A stretch of DNA of 64,000 bases from Kudoa neothunni (Eukaryota > Animalia > Cnidaria), in NCBI GenBank assembly GCA_964304625.1, contig OZ199839.1, positions 4,139,092 to 4,203,091 on the forward strand, in the 5' to 3' direction. The position numbers were made by a program, and so were the translations under genes. Positions 13,076 through 25,000 of this stretch are shown here, piece after piece; position 1 is the first letter of the stretch, and each line of letters starts with the position of its first letter. The notes beneath the pieces were generated by a model. That model made no database searches, was not told where the DNA came from, and was given only the letters and a program-made list of their open reading frames with translations.

Positions 13076-15231
13076 CCCTCTAACGATCCGAGAATCAATA
13101 CCCCACATTTTTATTTGCCGAATATATATGAAAAAGTGTAAAAACTTTAGTTATAAATTATATAAACAAATCCTTCGGGCGGAGCCCCAATAAATAGAAG
13201 AGAATATACTCGCGTTAATCCAACTTTAATCCGATTTAATATCTTCATAGACGTAAGTCGTATATGATCGTTTGTTTAACTATAATGTTTCTTTCTAAGA
13301 AAAATAGTCTATTGCATGATTTCCAAAAAACTATTTAAATAAATAAGATCCGCAATTTTTTACATTTAAAACGAGTGTTAGATGAATGTTAGGAGCAGTA
13401 AAGTTTGAAACATGATTTCCACCATCGTGACGTTTCGCAGTCTTTTTTCTACCGCAGTTCTCACATCTAAATTGACTCAGGTTGCCAGCGTCTGCCTTTT
13501 TCGCAGCCTGGTCTCTTTCTGGTATACGTTTTATGATTTTGGTGGACATTTTTCTAGAGAGAAAGAGGATCGTGGAGACATTGAGAAATTTCCTTTAGAA
13601 ATATAAGCCTGTTTTTCTTCATATCGCCGTAGATATTCTTATATAACGTCAAATAATTAATTATGGGTTAATCATATTAAAAAGGCATCATGGACATCCT
13701 ATCGTAAGCTAGCGCGCTGAAACAGGTTCAAGCATCCATCCGATCTGTTGTCAATCCCGTCTTGAGTTCGGTTATAGTTCAAGATATACGTAGGCTTAAA
13801 TTTTTATTTTACATCAGATACAGACTCGTTTGCGATGCCATTTGTGAAATGAATGACAGCCCTCGATTTTTTGTATACATACGAAACCATCGCATAGTTT
13901 TATAAAATACAAAATTGTTGTCATAAATACATCTTCTCTGAGAAGGAAGAAAACAGTTCGGAATTTCCCTTTTTCCATCATTGTTCGTAAGAAAGCGAGC
14001 TTTTTATCTATCTATTTTTCGACGAACGTAGATGAAGATAAAAATCATCGGTTACCACGTTTCGACCAGAATAAAAAAGCAGGGCCGATAGGGAAAGAAC
14101 TATGTCTTTGTCAATCTTAAATTGTCTCGTACTGTCAGAATTATTCCTCCTCAAATAGACATTGATATTCAAGCCATAGTTGGATACTGGATCAACCGAT
14201 AAGAAAAATTTCAGACAATATTTCGTCAGTTTCATTGACATATGTTATATAAACGGATATCTTCCCCAAAATGAAGCAAGATGTTCATCTACCGTAACAT
14301 CTTGACTGGGAATAATAAATCATTGCAATGTATTTATCCACGTATTATATATCTCACATCGTTAAAAAAATTTATGTCTCCTTTGGCTTAACCCTGGTTT
14401 CAAAATCATCAAAATGGATTTATCGATTATTCTGTCGGAATCAACGAAGTGAAAAATGTCTTATGTACATTTTTTCGGCTTCCCTGACACTGAAAAGGAC
14501 ACATAAAAGCTCTCGCCGATCCTTATGCGTTCCCATAGGTATAATAAGACTAAAGTAACCCATTAATTTAACGCTGTCCATATCAAACCATCCATGTTTG
14601 AAATATTTTCTGCAAAACATGTTAGTGTACTTTATGATTGTTGCGCATAATTCTTCACTGAAAAAAAACATAAAACAATCGTCAGTGTTTTTATTTTCAA
14701 TCAAGCGTATTAATTAGGACAAAGAGTAGATTTCATAACGTCTGCGGTAATGGCTTTTGTTGCAGATGATCTTATATTATTACATGTGATACCACTTATT
14801 TGCTAATGTATCACTGTGAACTGAACCCTATTCGATGTTATTGTCATTGGTTTCAAAGTCTTCGTTGACAAAATCGTCATGATCATTACCGTGTAAGCAG
14901 CATTCATCACTAAAATAGCGTAAACCACACGTGCCAAATATTCAACAACCCCTTTAGAGACAACTGAAACTTTTAATTTATGTTTAAAATAATATACTTG
15001 TTTCTTTGAAAAAAAAAATCTGGGGTTAAATACATTCCAAAAACCTTAGAAGATAGTATTCCGGTAAAGATATATATTTTCAGTAAATTTTTATATGTCA
15101 AGTATTACCATGTATTATAGATGTTTTTACAGGAATAACATAAGTTAAAAATTGGTCGATTGTTTACAGCGGATGGTATGCTTGTTTTAAATTCGCCTTG
15201 AGGTGTATTACACTCCAAAAACCTTAGAGGG
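13076..15231 (-). mobile_element. Full-length decayed piggyBac transposon
   Basis: TTAA TSDs at 13072-13075 and 15232-15235; TIR CCCTCTAA(C/G)G. Minus-strand fragments FMFFFSEELCATIIKYTN, VTVDEHLASFWGR, KYCLKFFLSVD, GRNVVTDDFY and a Cys-rich tail. Confidence 0.93.
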
Positions 15232-15306
15232 TTAAATACTACTTTATATTATGTAAAGTGATTTAATGGAGCTTTATAAAAATAATAACTAGAATAAATT
15301 GTAATA

Positions 15307-16184
15307 CGGTAGATGAGGGGTCGTGGGCACTAAAATCGGAATTGGGCTCAAGATGCCCACGACCCGTTATAGGCGCATGCGAACAAGGCCAAGTTTAATG
15401 TAGGCCATTACAATTTAGTCTCTCTTATTTACTACTATGTATGCATTTATATCCAAAAGTATATTAAATAAAAATAAATTTTTTTATAATGATGATGATA
15501 TAAAGATCAAATGTGCTTAATCTAACCGATCCTTGATTTCAATTTGACGAAACAAACTATTTAGACAACTTTGTGACAATACTAATGCTGTTTTTCAACA
15601 AAAATAAAAAATATTAATAAATGCAATTCACTCCTCCAATTTTTTTATAATCAAGACTATCAAAACTTTGTTATATTCACCGTAAGTTTTTGACGATTTT
15701 ACATGGAGACACGCAGAAAACATTCTTTATGAACAATTTTAAATACTCAAGAGAAGTAGGAGTAAGAGTTAGTAATCAAGATAAACTTAATATATATTGA
15801 AATGCATAAATTTCATAAAATTAAATAATATACTTAATAAAATATAACTAAAAACTTTTATCGTATTTATTAGTTGAATTTTAGGTTGAAAAAGTTGTTA
15901 ATATTTATTGGTACAGCTTTGACTCTCTTATATCATAAATAATTGTTTCTAGCTCCATGACCTTAGATAACGTTTGAAAATTTCGTTTTCTGAAAAATAT
16001 GTACATTTTAAATTCATAGAGATCGTAAATTTTGGCTAATTCTTATTTACAGCGAATTCAAACAAAAACTAAAGTTACAATAATTTATTATAATTGTTAT
16101 GTTTTGATTCGAACTACTTTGATTAATAATAGAATTGTGTACATCATTAAATCATGGCGGGTGTGCATAAGCCGTCATCTATTG
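15307..16184. mobile_element. pogo/Tigger-derived MITE, copy 1
   Basis: TA TSDs; imperfect TIR CGGTAGATGAGGGGTCGTG / CATAAGCCGTCATCTATTG. Long blocks shared with 44539-45746, e.g. TACTCAAGAGAAGTAGGAGTAAGAGTTA. Confidence 0.88.
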
Positions 16185-16386
16185 TACGTTGTTCGGTAAT
16201 TTATAACAAGAATCGGAAGTGTATTATTTTTGAATTAATATTTTATTTACTCGAGAAATTTCTTAAAAAACGATAAAATTATTTTTATAATTCTTCATGT
16301 ATACCAAAAAATTAAATAACTATGATCCATTAGACCCCAAAAATACTTTATGTATAGGTGGGTTTGACATGCTAGCAAGGTTGAAT

Positions 16387-16626
16387 AAAGGCACTGGTTA
16401 TTGACACTGAAGTTTTTAATCCCAATTGGCAACTATGCTCGCGCAGTGCGAAATTTTAACCCCGGTAGCTCCTATTTATAGTTGACCTATAAAATTTACT
16501 TTTAGTATCTGCTGCATTTAATTATTTTTGGCCCTAGAAGCGGTAGCGAGGGGCCAAAAATAATTAAATGCAGTCAAAACTATACCTATCTGGATATTAT
16601 AATCTGTGTCAATAGCCACGTCCTTA
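16387..16626. mobile_element. MITE with 24-bp imperfect TIRs (Kolobok-like) and an internal perfect hairpin
   Basis: AAAGGCACTGGTTATTGACACTGA versus reverse complement of 16603-16626 TAAGGACGTGGCTATTGACACAGA (18/24). AGG..CCT termini in a TTAA-like context. Superfamily is inferred. Confidence 0.6.
16512..16573. repeat. Perfect 23-bp inverted repeat with a 16-nt loop
   Basis: CTGCATTTAATTATTTTTGGCCC-tagaagcggtagcgag-GGGCCAAAAATAATTAAATGCAG read directly. Confidence 0.97.
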
Positions 16627-19026
16627 AAATAAATAGGGTGCAATGGAACATGGATTACATGGTATAATCCGAAGCCTTATCCAATTCCGTGTCGTTTTTC
16701 GATAATAGAATAATACAAAATTGTTAGATTGATGTTACTAGTTCATAGTTGACTTATACCACATTGTTAAATTTGGGAAGAAAATGAATATTTGCACCCC
16801 GGTATGGTATTACAAGAAAATAACTTTTTTCAATTAATGGATTAATGTGTGGTGATTGGTTGAATCTTGTAATCTAACAAGAAATAGCCCAAAAACTAGA
16901 ATGAGATTCTAAATTAATTTTTATTGTATAAATCTACATCAGTTTCATTGAATAAAATGTAATCTAATATAGTAAAAACATTGAACTACGTCTTACTATT
17001 TTCTCAACCAGAAACGAGTGTTGGCGGAATATGTTGAGAATTCGTAAAACAAATTTCCGGTGATTAATTGATACGATTATTGACATTTAACTCAAAAACC
17101 TGCTGTTATCTATAAATAACAATTCACCAATACTTTTATATATAGGCTCTATGAATAAATTAATCTACAAAAAGTAAATGGTTTAAGTTACGACGTAGCT
17201 AAACGATAATTTTTTTATGATGGATATTCATTTTGCTCAATAAATAAAAAACAACCTACAAAAACATTAATATTCGAACTAAAAAATTCAATCTTTTAAA
17301 ACGGTCATCAAGAGGATCAATATTAACAACCGAATAATAATACCACTGATATTATTAATGATAGCGCAAATGTCGAGTTTATGTTGAAAAATAACTGTTA
17401 AATAATAGTGTTTATTGTAAATTATTGCCACTAATGGGGCACATCCTATCAGCACAATATAAATGTATCGTATTGACGTGATGAATTCGGTTTATTGTTG
17501 TTCACTCAAATATTTGTAATGTGCGTTGATAAGAAAAATCACATCTACACGGAAACTATATCACCTAATATAGAGCAACAAAGCTCAAAAATCTTGTTGA
17601 TCATAACAGAAAATTTTAACAATAATTCCACAGACATCATTGTTTCATTGCGTAGATTTCGAGTGGAGTACGATAATCGGATTGATGAACTTTGTTGGTG
17701 AGTTTACACCCACATTACCTCAAACCACGTAATATTGGATTATCAAGATCAATTATCTACCATTATACAGGTAGGCTTGAGGTGGTCGGTGTTGTTGTGC
17801 AGCTAGTGATGATGAATTGATTTTGACAAGTTGTCATGACAATATCCATAGGAGATAAACAGCAACAGCGCTAACTATGTACACAGCTGTTAGTCAGGAT
17901 TTAATAATGTGCTAACCGAACAACGACAATATTAGGCTAAACTGGGTGTCAAATGTGGTTGAATGTAATCTCTCTCGGCCACCCTTAGAGATGCGTGGAA
18001 CACACGCAAGAGTGATGAGAATTGAGATTAATGCGATAAAATGAGTGCTCTACTCGTAGCTTTGCTATGACTAATTAAAAGTGTATAAACAACAGCTCAC
18101 TGCGTCTGCAAAAGTAGGATTTGCCAACATTACATAGTTGTTTAATGCAACCACATTAACTGCCAGTCACCGTCAGGTTAATTATCTCTCGTAAAAATAG
18201 AACTAAATCAAGTCGAACTGTTCCATTCAAAAATATAGAATCATTAACCATCTTAAAACAGGTCAACAGACCAATTTTGATTGATAGGATTTGAATTTAA
18301 ATAGGATCATTTGTCGTACGCAGCGTTGATCAATTACGCAGTTGTTTTATCCAACTAACACAGCACATCTAACGACACCACTGATACACAGTTCTGATAG
18401 AAAATCTGCTGACATTCAGACCTGCACCAAAAAGTAAGAATACTCTATAGTGGTTCGGTGTATACTTTGATAATTGATGAATTATCAATTGGAGGGTAAG
18501 TAGAATGGGCGTGTGTAGGCCGCATCAACTTTTCCATTCCCTTATTGATTGTATTGTTGCAGCTGAATGTACAATTGATTATTTGGTTATTGTTTGAGAT
18601 ATTATTTAAATAAAATTTAATTTGAACGAGTACAGAACGATCAAATTCGTTGTCGAGTTGCGCATGCCACTTATAATTAAAACCTAGGAAACAATTCTAT
18701 TACTGTATGCCCAGTTATTCTCGTCTAACAAGTGGAAAAGTGGTAAGGTAGGGTGGATTTTGATTTTAGGATTTGAAAGTTGTGTTTGGTTTGGTTTCAT
18801 TGGTTGTTTCGGATCGAAAGGGAAATCGACTTTAACAATAATATTTGTTTGATTTTACCACACAGCTTGCTGTGATCGGTTATTTCTATCGAGGGGAATT
18901 GTTGAATTTTTGTGGGCCAACCAACACACCTCGTACTAACTTAAAAATACTTCCGATAGAAAATTCTATAAATAACAAATTTTATTAATATTTTTATTAT
19001 AAAACTCTGCTGTAGTTTTCAGCACT

Positions 19027-22000
19027 ATGAACCCAGAGTTTAACGGTCCAAAGCGATCAACTATACTCGACCAATGGAAGTATTACATCTACAATGGAAG
19101 TATTCCTTCGTCGGTGTACAGAACCACGAAAAGTATGTGTTCTGCTATTGCTTTTTTTCGCCGTAACGAATTTTCTGTTTAATTTTACCACATTATAGTA
19201 AAAATGAAAATTTTGTAATGGTTTAATCCAACTGACGTTCAAACAATAAATTGATTATTAATTTAATCTGCGGATTAATTTTTCAAAACTTGATTCTTTC
19301 CATTATTGTATGCATAAATTTAGATTCGAAATTCTTAGTCAAACGTTTGGCAATCAAAGAAGAAGTTACTGGCCACAGTGGTTGTGTAAGTTTATCATCA
19401 CTACATTTTGATATTTATGTGTTGTTTTGTTGCTGGGCCAATACATGAGAAATTCATTAGGTAAACACAGTCCATTGGAATAAATCAGGAACTATATTGT
19501 TAAGTGGTTCCGATGATCGAAATCTCAATCTGTATTCTTATCCTTCGTTCCGAGTAAATTTAATTCACCATATAATTATTTGATTATAATTGGGGTGATT
19601 TGTTGTCTAGTTGGCGGAACGAATTAAATCCGGCCATCGAGCCAACATTTTTAATGCCAAATTTATACCTCATTCCAATGACACCAAAGTATTTTATTGA
19701 TTTGAAAGTAACTATCGCCCGCTCCAATTTAATATCGCGCTTGTACGTATTGTTGTGATTACAGATAATAGTTTTGTACTGGTGAGGACGAGTGGGAAGC
19801 GTCGAAAAGTCACGACTAATTAACCTATTTCAAATTACAGTAGATAACCAATTTTAAGTAATTTTACTTTTTCTTCCCTTGTATATAATTATCAGAGTAG
19901 AAACCATTTTTTAAATTAAGGAAGTTTATTTCATGCAATTAAAATTAAAATGACGAGAAAAAATAACTTATAAAAATAGGGAGTATCGATTTTACGTAAC
20001 TTTTCGGATCCAACCTTAATTTTCAAAATTATTTGGTCCAATTAATTACATTCACGATGACATTGTAAATCATTTAGATATACCAAAATTTTTATTTTTC
20101 ATTATTTAAAAATTTGCGAATGAACACTGATAAATCTTTTACATTTCATGATTTTCATGTCGTACCTACTTTTACCTTGAAAACTCCTAAAACAATAATG
20201 TAGAATTGATTTCCTCGTGTAAAATAAGTTTGGATTCAATCGAAAGAAACGCTTTGGATAAGAAATAAAAAATAATTTTTATGCTATAATTTAATTGATT
20301 TTAGACTTTAGAGTCAAAAAAACTCAATGTATTGTAGACAGTTAATTATGTAACAAATTAATAAAGGAGTTCCACTCAAAAAAATTCATTACTTTTAGGA
20401 GACTTTATGGTTATGTCGCGCCTTAATACATAAATGGTAAATATTATTCGGTGGTTATTTATGCGCTCAAAATTGTTACCATAACTAGTTGAACGAATTG
20501 AATGTCATTGTTACAAGATCTTCTGCCGCCGTTTTGTATAATTATATAAAACTGCGCTATTCAATCAACAAAACAATGTCAAATTATTTAATATGTAGTA
20601 ATTTTCAAAGGTAAATTTTGATTTACCTCTGGAATTCAATTCATATCTAGAAATGATATCCAAAATGATTTATGAGTTAATTTTATACGTCTATTTTCGA
20701 TAATTGTTCAGATCGTCCTTTGATTTGTCAGCACAGGAATTGACATGTTTTTGACGGCAGTAAGAATTTACCCATCAAATCTGAGTAAAACAAGAAAGCA
20801 AGAATAATGATGATGATGAAACATTTAAAATATGCCTAATTCGTTAAAATAATAATTTCAGAATTATTGTTAACAATTTATGTGTATATCTCGGTAGCTC
20901 AACTTTTAACCATGAAGCTAAATTATATAACATCGTTGGTGTATTTTTCAAAAAATTCGTCACATTAACTAATGTCTCTCAATAAACGAATAATTTATTT
21001 TTCAACGTATAACTACAAAAGTATTTCGGTTAAAAACCATCTTTTTAAAAATGATAGCGATCCAAATGAATATCCACCAGATTTTCTTCAAGTTATTTTA
21101 AACAGATAAAAATATTTCTGACTCAATAATTGTGAACTTTATTATATTCCTTCAATACAAACTATTTTAATTTCCTGCGTCGAAAAGTAGTAAAATCGAT
21201 TACTTACTGTATTAGCTTAATTAATTTTAGTAGTTACATTTTAAAATGGATACTACTGGCGCATAAAAAAACTTAGGATTTTTTGTTATTATGAGGGGGC
21301 AATATTTATGGCGCGATTACACTTACTAATTTTTTGTGTTTATGCGTCTGTGTGTGCAGATTTGTTCTTGCTCGGGAGACGGAATTATGCACTACAACAA
21401 CCTATTAGATAAGAGAAACTTTGGAAAAAATCCATTCAAATGCCATGTGGGAATTGTCTATGATGTATTTATTTTGGTGGAGGTCGACATGCATCTTCTG
21501 CCATCTTAGTTTGGCGCCAGTCTGATCCAAACATTTTCTTTGTTAGGTGGTTACCCACAATCAAGACCCAAATGGATTTCTGTCCTGTGGTGAAGACGGA
21601 ACTGTTAGATACTTTGATCTTAGAACCACCTCGTCCTGCAATTGTTCCCATTGTGACAAAGTATCGGACTTGCTTGCGTTTGTAATTTTTTTTAATCACA
21701 CCATAATTACCACCAATAGAACACACTTCTCGACATCAAACAACCGATCACTGCATGTACGTTGAACCCCTTCAATCCAAACGAAATTGTGGTTGGTTGT
21801 GATGACTCCACTATACGCGCCTATGACAGGCGATTTCGTTTCACGCAAGAATCCAGAAAAATCAAACAAGTAGGAAGTCCTCAATCTAATTCATCTCCAA
21901 TAGACCCCACGTCTACTGGTCTTATTTACTCTTATCGACCCTCAGACAGCACATTAGACACCGGCCCCTCTGAGTCTCACTACAACAATCGCCTCACCTG

Positions 22001-25000
22001 TGTCACATTCAAGTAAAAAATGAACTGATTTGTGAACGTGCGCTCAAAATTATTGTTTTTCAGTTGGAAAGGAGATGAAATTCTTGCTAGCTATTGCCCC
22101 ACACTTGTCACTCTATTCTCAACCACACCAAAAGTTAACCCAACCATCGCCGAGTCGAATAACACTCGTGCGTGTTTATTTGATGAATGTTTTCTATTTC
22201 CTGGGTACAATATCATACACAATATCAATCACTATGTTAGAAATTTGTTTAATATGAATTCATTTTAGTGGAATCACTCCCGAATCCTCTAAACCAGATA
22301 AAATGTTGACATCCTACGCAGAGTATATTAAAATTATTCAATGGATTTACCATAGTAATAGCAGTGGCTACTGAAGCGGAGAATTTTTATTTTATTTGTA
22401 ATGCGCTTAAGTACTAACTAAAGTTCATGTTTCTTTGTATACTAATTCTTTTAAATTAATACAAGTGATAAAACTGTCAGCGTTTGCTGATACTGATATC
22501 AGGCTGTATGCAAGTTTAGAGCAGTAATTTTCAACCATTTTTTAAATATACTCCCTTAACTTGGAAGTCAGGTTAATATATATTTTTAGGTTGTATACTT
22601 ATTTGAGTGTTATTAGGCTGCATTTCTATAAGATAAACGAGAAAAAAAGAAAGAGACTAGTTATAGTTTAATGAATATTTGTGTAATAGTTATTCTTAAA
22701 ACATTTTGAGCATTTCTACGAACATCTTAATTGAGTTTAATAGCCCTGAATAATATAATTCCTTAGAAATCCTTAAGTATGTAAGAAACCGCATTATGTA
22801 AAAGTTACCCGTATCCAATTTTAATGTCACTTAGTTACCCCCTGTTATTTAAAATTTACCCCTGGTTGAGGACCTCTGGTCTAGAGCTTTATTTCCCAAC
22901 CCTTTTGGTCTAAGGATCCCTAACTAGATAAGCTAAATGAATACAAACCCCTGAATGTATTAACCACGCATATTTATTTATATTTGCGGTACTATTGTCC
23001 CAGAATTATGTTTTTAAAGTTGGTATTATTATAGCCGAGAATTCACGAAAGACTAGGCTTTTAAGAGTAAGGATCATCTTGGGGGTCCACGAACCCCAGG
23101 CTGGATAACATTGGCCTAGAACCTAGATGGGGTGATTTCATCATGTTAGAAATCGATTAAATATCGCCTAAATACATCAGACAAATTTTTAATGTTCATA
23201 TTTAATTGTGTAAAATATTTTTAAAATTAAACTCAGAAAAAGAGAACTCTAAACTTATAATTTAATGGTTGAATGAGCAGAATGTTTTGTTTGAATGAGG
23301 TTTTCGATTAAACTAATGATATTTAATCCGTTAAATAAATCACAATTTGTCGTATAAAATAGTGAATGTGGTAAACCTTGTTTGGCTTTATGAATTGTTT
23401 CCAATATGAATGAGATGTGTGAAAAGAATAATAAAAAAATTCTTGCATTAGTCAAAAATATCGATTTTTTTAATGCTGATTCAATTTTATAAAAGAGTTT
23501 ACATATTTAAAAATTTAAAGTTAAAATTTTAGTGGTATCGGTATTGAATGTCGATAAGCTTTGGTTAGTACTGGTCATAATATGGTATCTTGTTATCAAG
23601 AAAATATTTGCCATGATTTTCAAGTTTTTTTTAATCAAATTTTATTTTTGCATTGTATAATTCATTTAAATGGTCTATTTATGTCTATGATCTTGTGATC
23701 GGCAACAGCCCGTTGAAGTTAATTTGACCACTTAAAGTACGATCAGATTTTCGTCGCAACAATAGCCACTTCTTTATTGGTCGATTGTACAATTTTTGAT
23801 TAATTGAGTGCTTTTTTTATTGGAAATCTAATTAAAACAGGAGAAATGAAACAGACGGTGCAAACCCTCCTCTTAACCCACCAACCATCTCTGACAACTA
23901 TACAACGTATTATCTTGGGTGTAGTTGAGTTTATTTGATTTTGGAAATCTTATAGAGATGAGTATTCGGCGTCACCGGCTGAAGGAGTAACTTCCTTGAA
24001 TCAAGATAACATCACCTCTATCAAGTATACATTTCTTGCTCTCTTTTTTATAATTTTGACTGTTAGCGAAAATACTGGAACTCGGCTTCCTTCTACCACC
24101 ATTCCATCTACCGCAAATGATGACCCTTCTGTACCCACAGCTCCCTCGGTAGAGGATGACGATGAATCACCTCAAGATACACCCTCTACTAATGATGGTA
24201 GTTGATTTGATCATTCTGCACTTTTCCATTTTCCCATCATTAGAAGCTGGAAATATCACAGACATATTCAGGTCTTCTCTCAATGAGAGGGTGATCGAAC
24301 TGCCCCCAGATATAGACATCCAAGGATTATACGAATTAACAACCTTAAATCGTAGCTTAAGATGTGTCGCACCTTCCATCAATACCAATCCAATTTCTGT
24401 TTAGATCCTAATGAATTTTCTTATGGTTATGGTGGTGATGAATCATACGAATTTAGTCCTTTGCAAGATAATCAACAAACTGGAATACTCCGCTCAAACC
24501 CCGCTGGGGTGTCCAGTGTTCCCAATGTTGTAGTTGCTACTGGTCGTGGTAATGCATCCGACGATATTCTTGTTGAACCCAGCGATTCTGCCGTTGTAAA
24601 TGATAATAACTTTGAGTTGACATTAACCGATAACACTCATTCTGTGAGTGAACACTTAAATAACTTCGTTGAGTGAACATTTGTTGTAGATCCATGGCGG
24701 GCATTCCGCCTCTGACAACACAGAAGATCACTCAAGTCGAACTGCACCGTTACCGAGGACAAGGGGTGTTGTTTCCTCGGATATTTATACAAAGTATTTA
24801 GTGGCTATAACAATTTTAATTCAGCATGTATATAATGAGCAGTTACAACCAAAATGATACCGCAGACAATACGCTCGGCGCTGAGCTCACCAATGTGACG
24901 GACACCTCAACACAACTTCCTTATCATGTAGGATCTGCCCCTTCTATCGAGTCTCGCTCGCTAGCAACCAACACTGGTGATAGTCACCAAGGCGATTCAC

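Larger units (their letters stand above)
10665..16380. mobile_element. Outer piggyBac-type non-autonomous element (ends only) enclosing three other elements
   Basis: TTAA at 10661-10664 and TTGA at 16381-16384. Internal inverted repeat AGTATCTTTGGGGTC (10681) matches the reverse complement of 16333-16347 (AGTATTTTTGGGGTC) at 14/15. Terminal 9-mers are imperfect. Confidence 0.5.
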
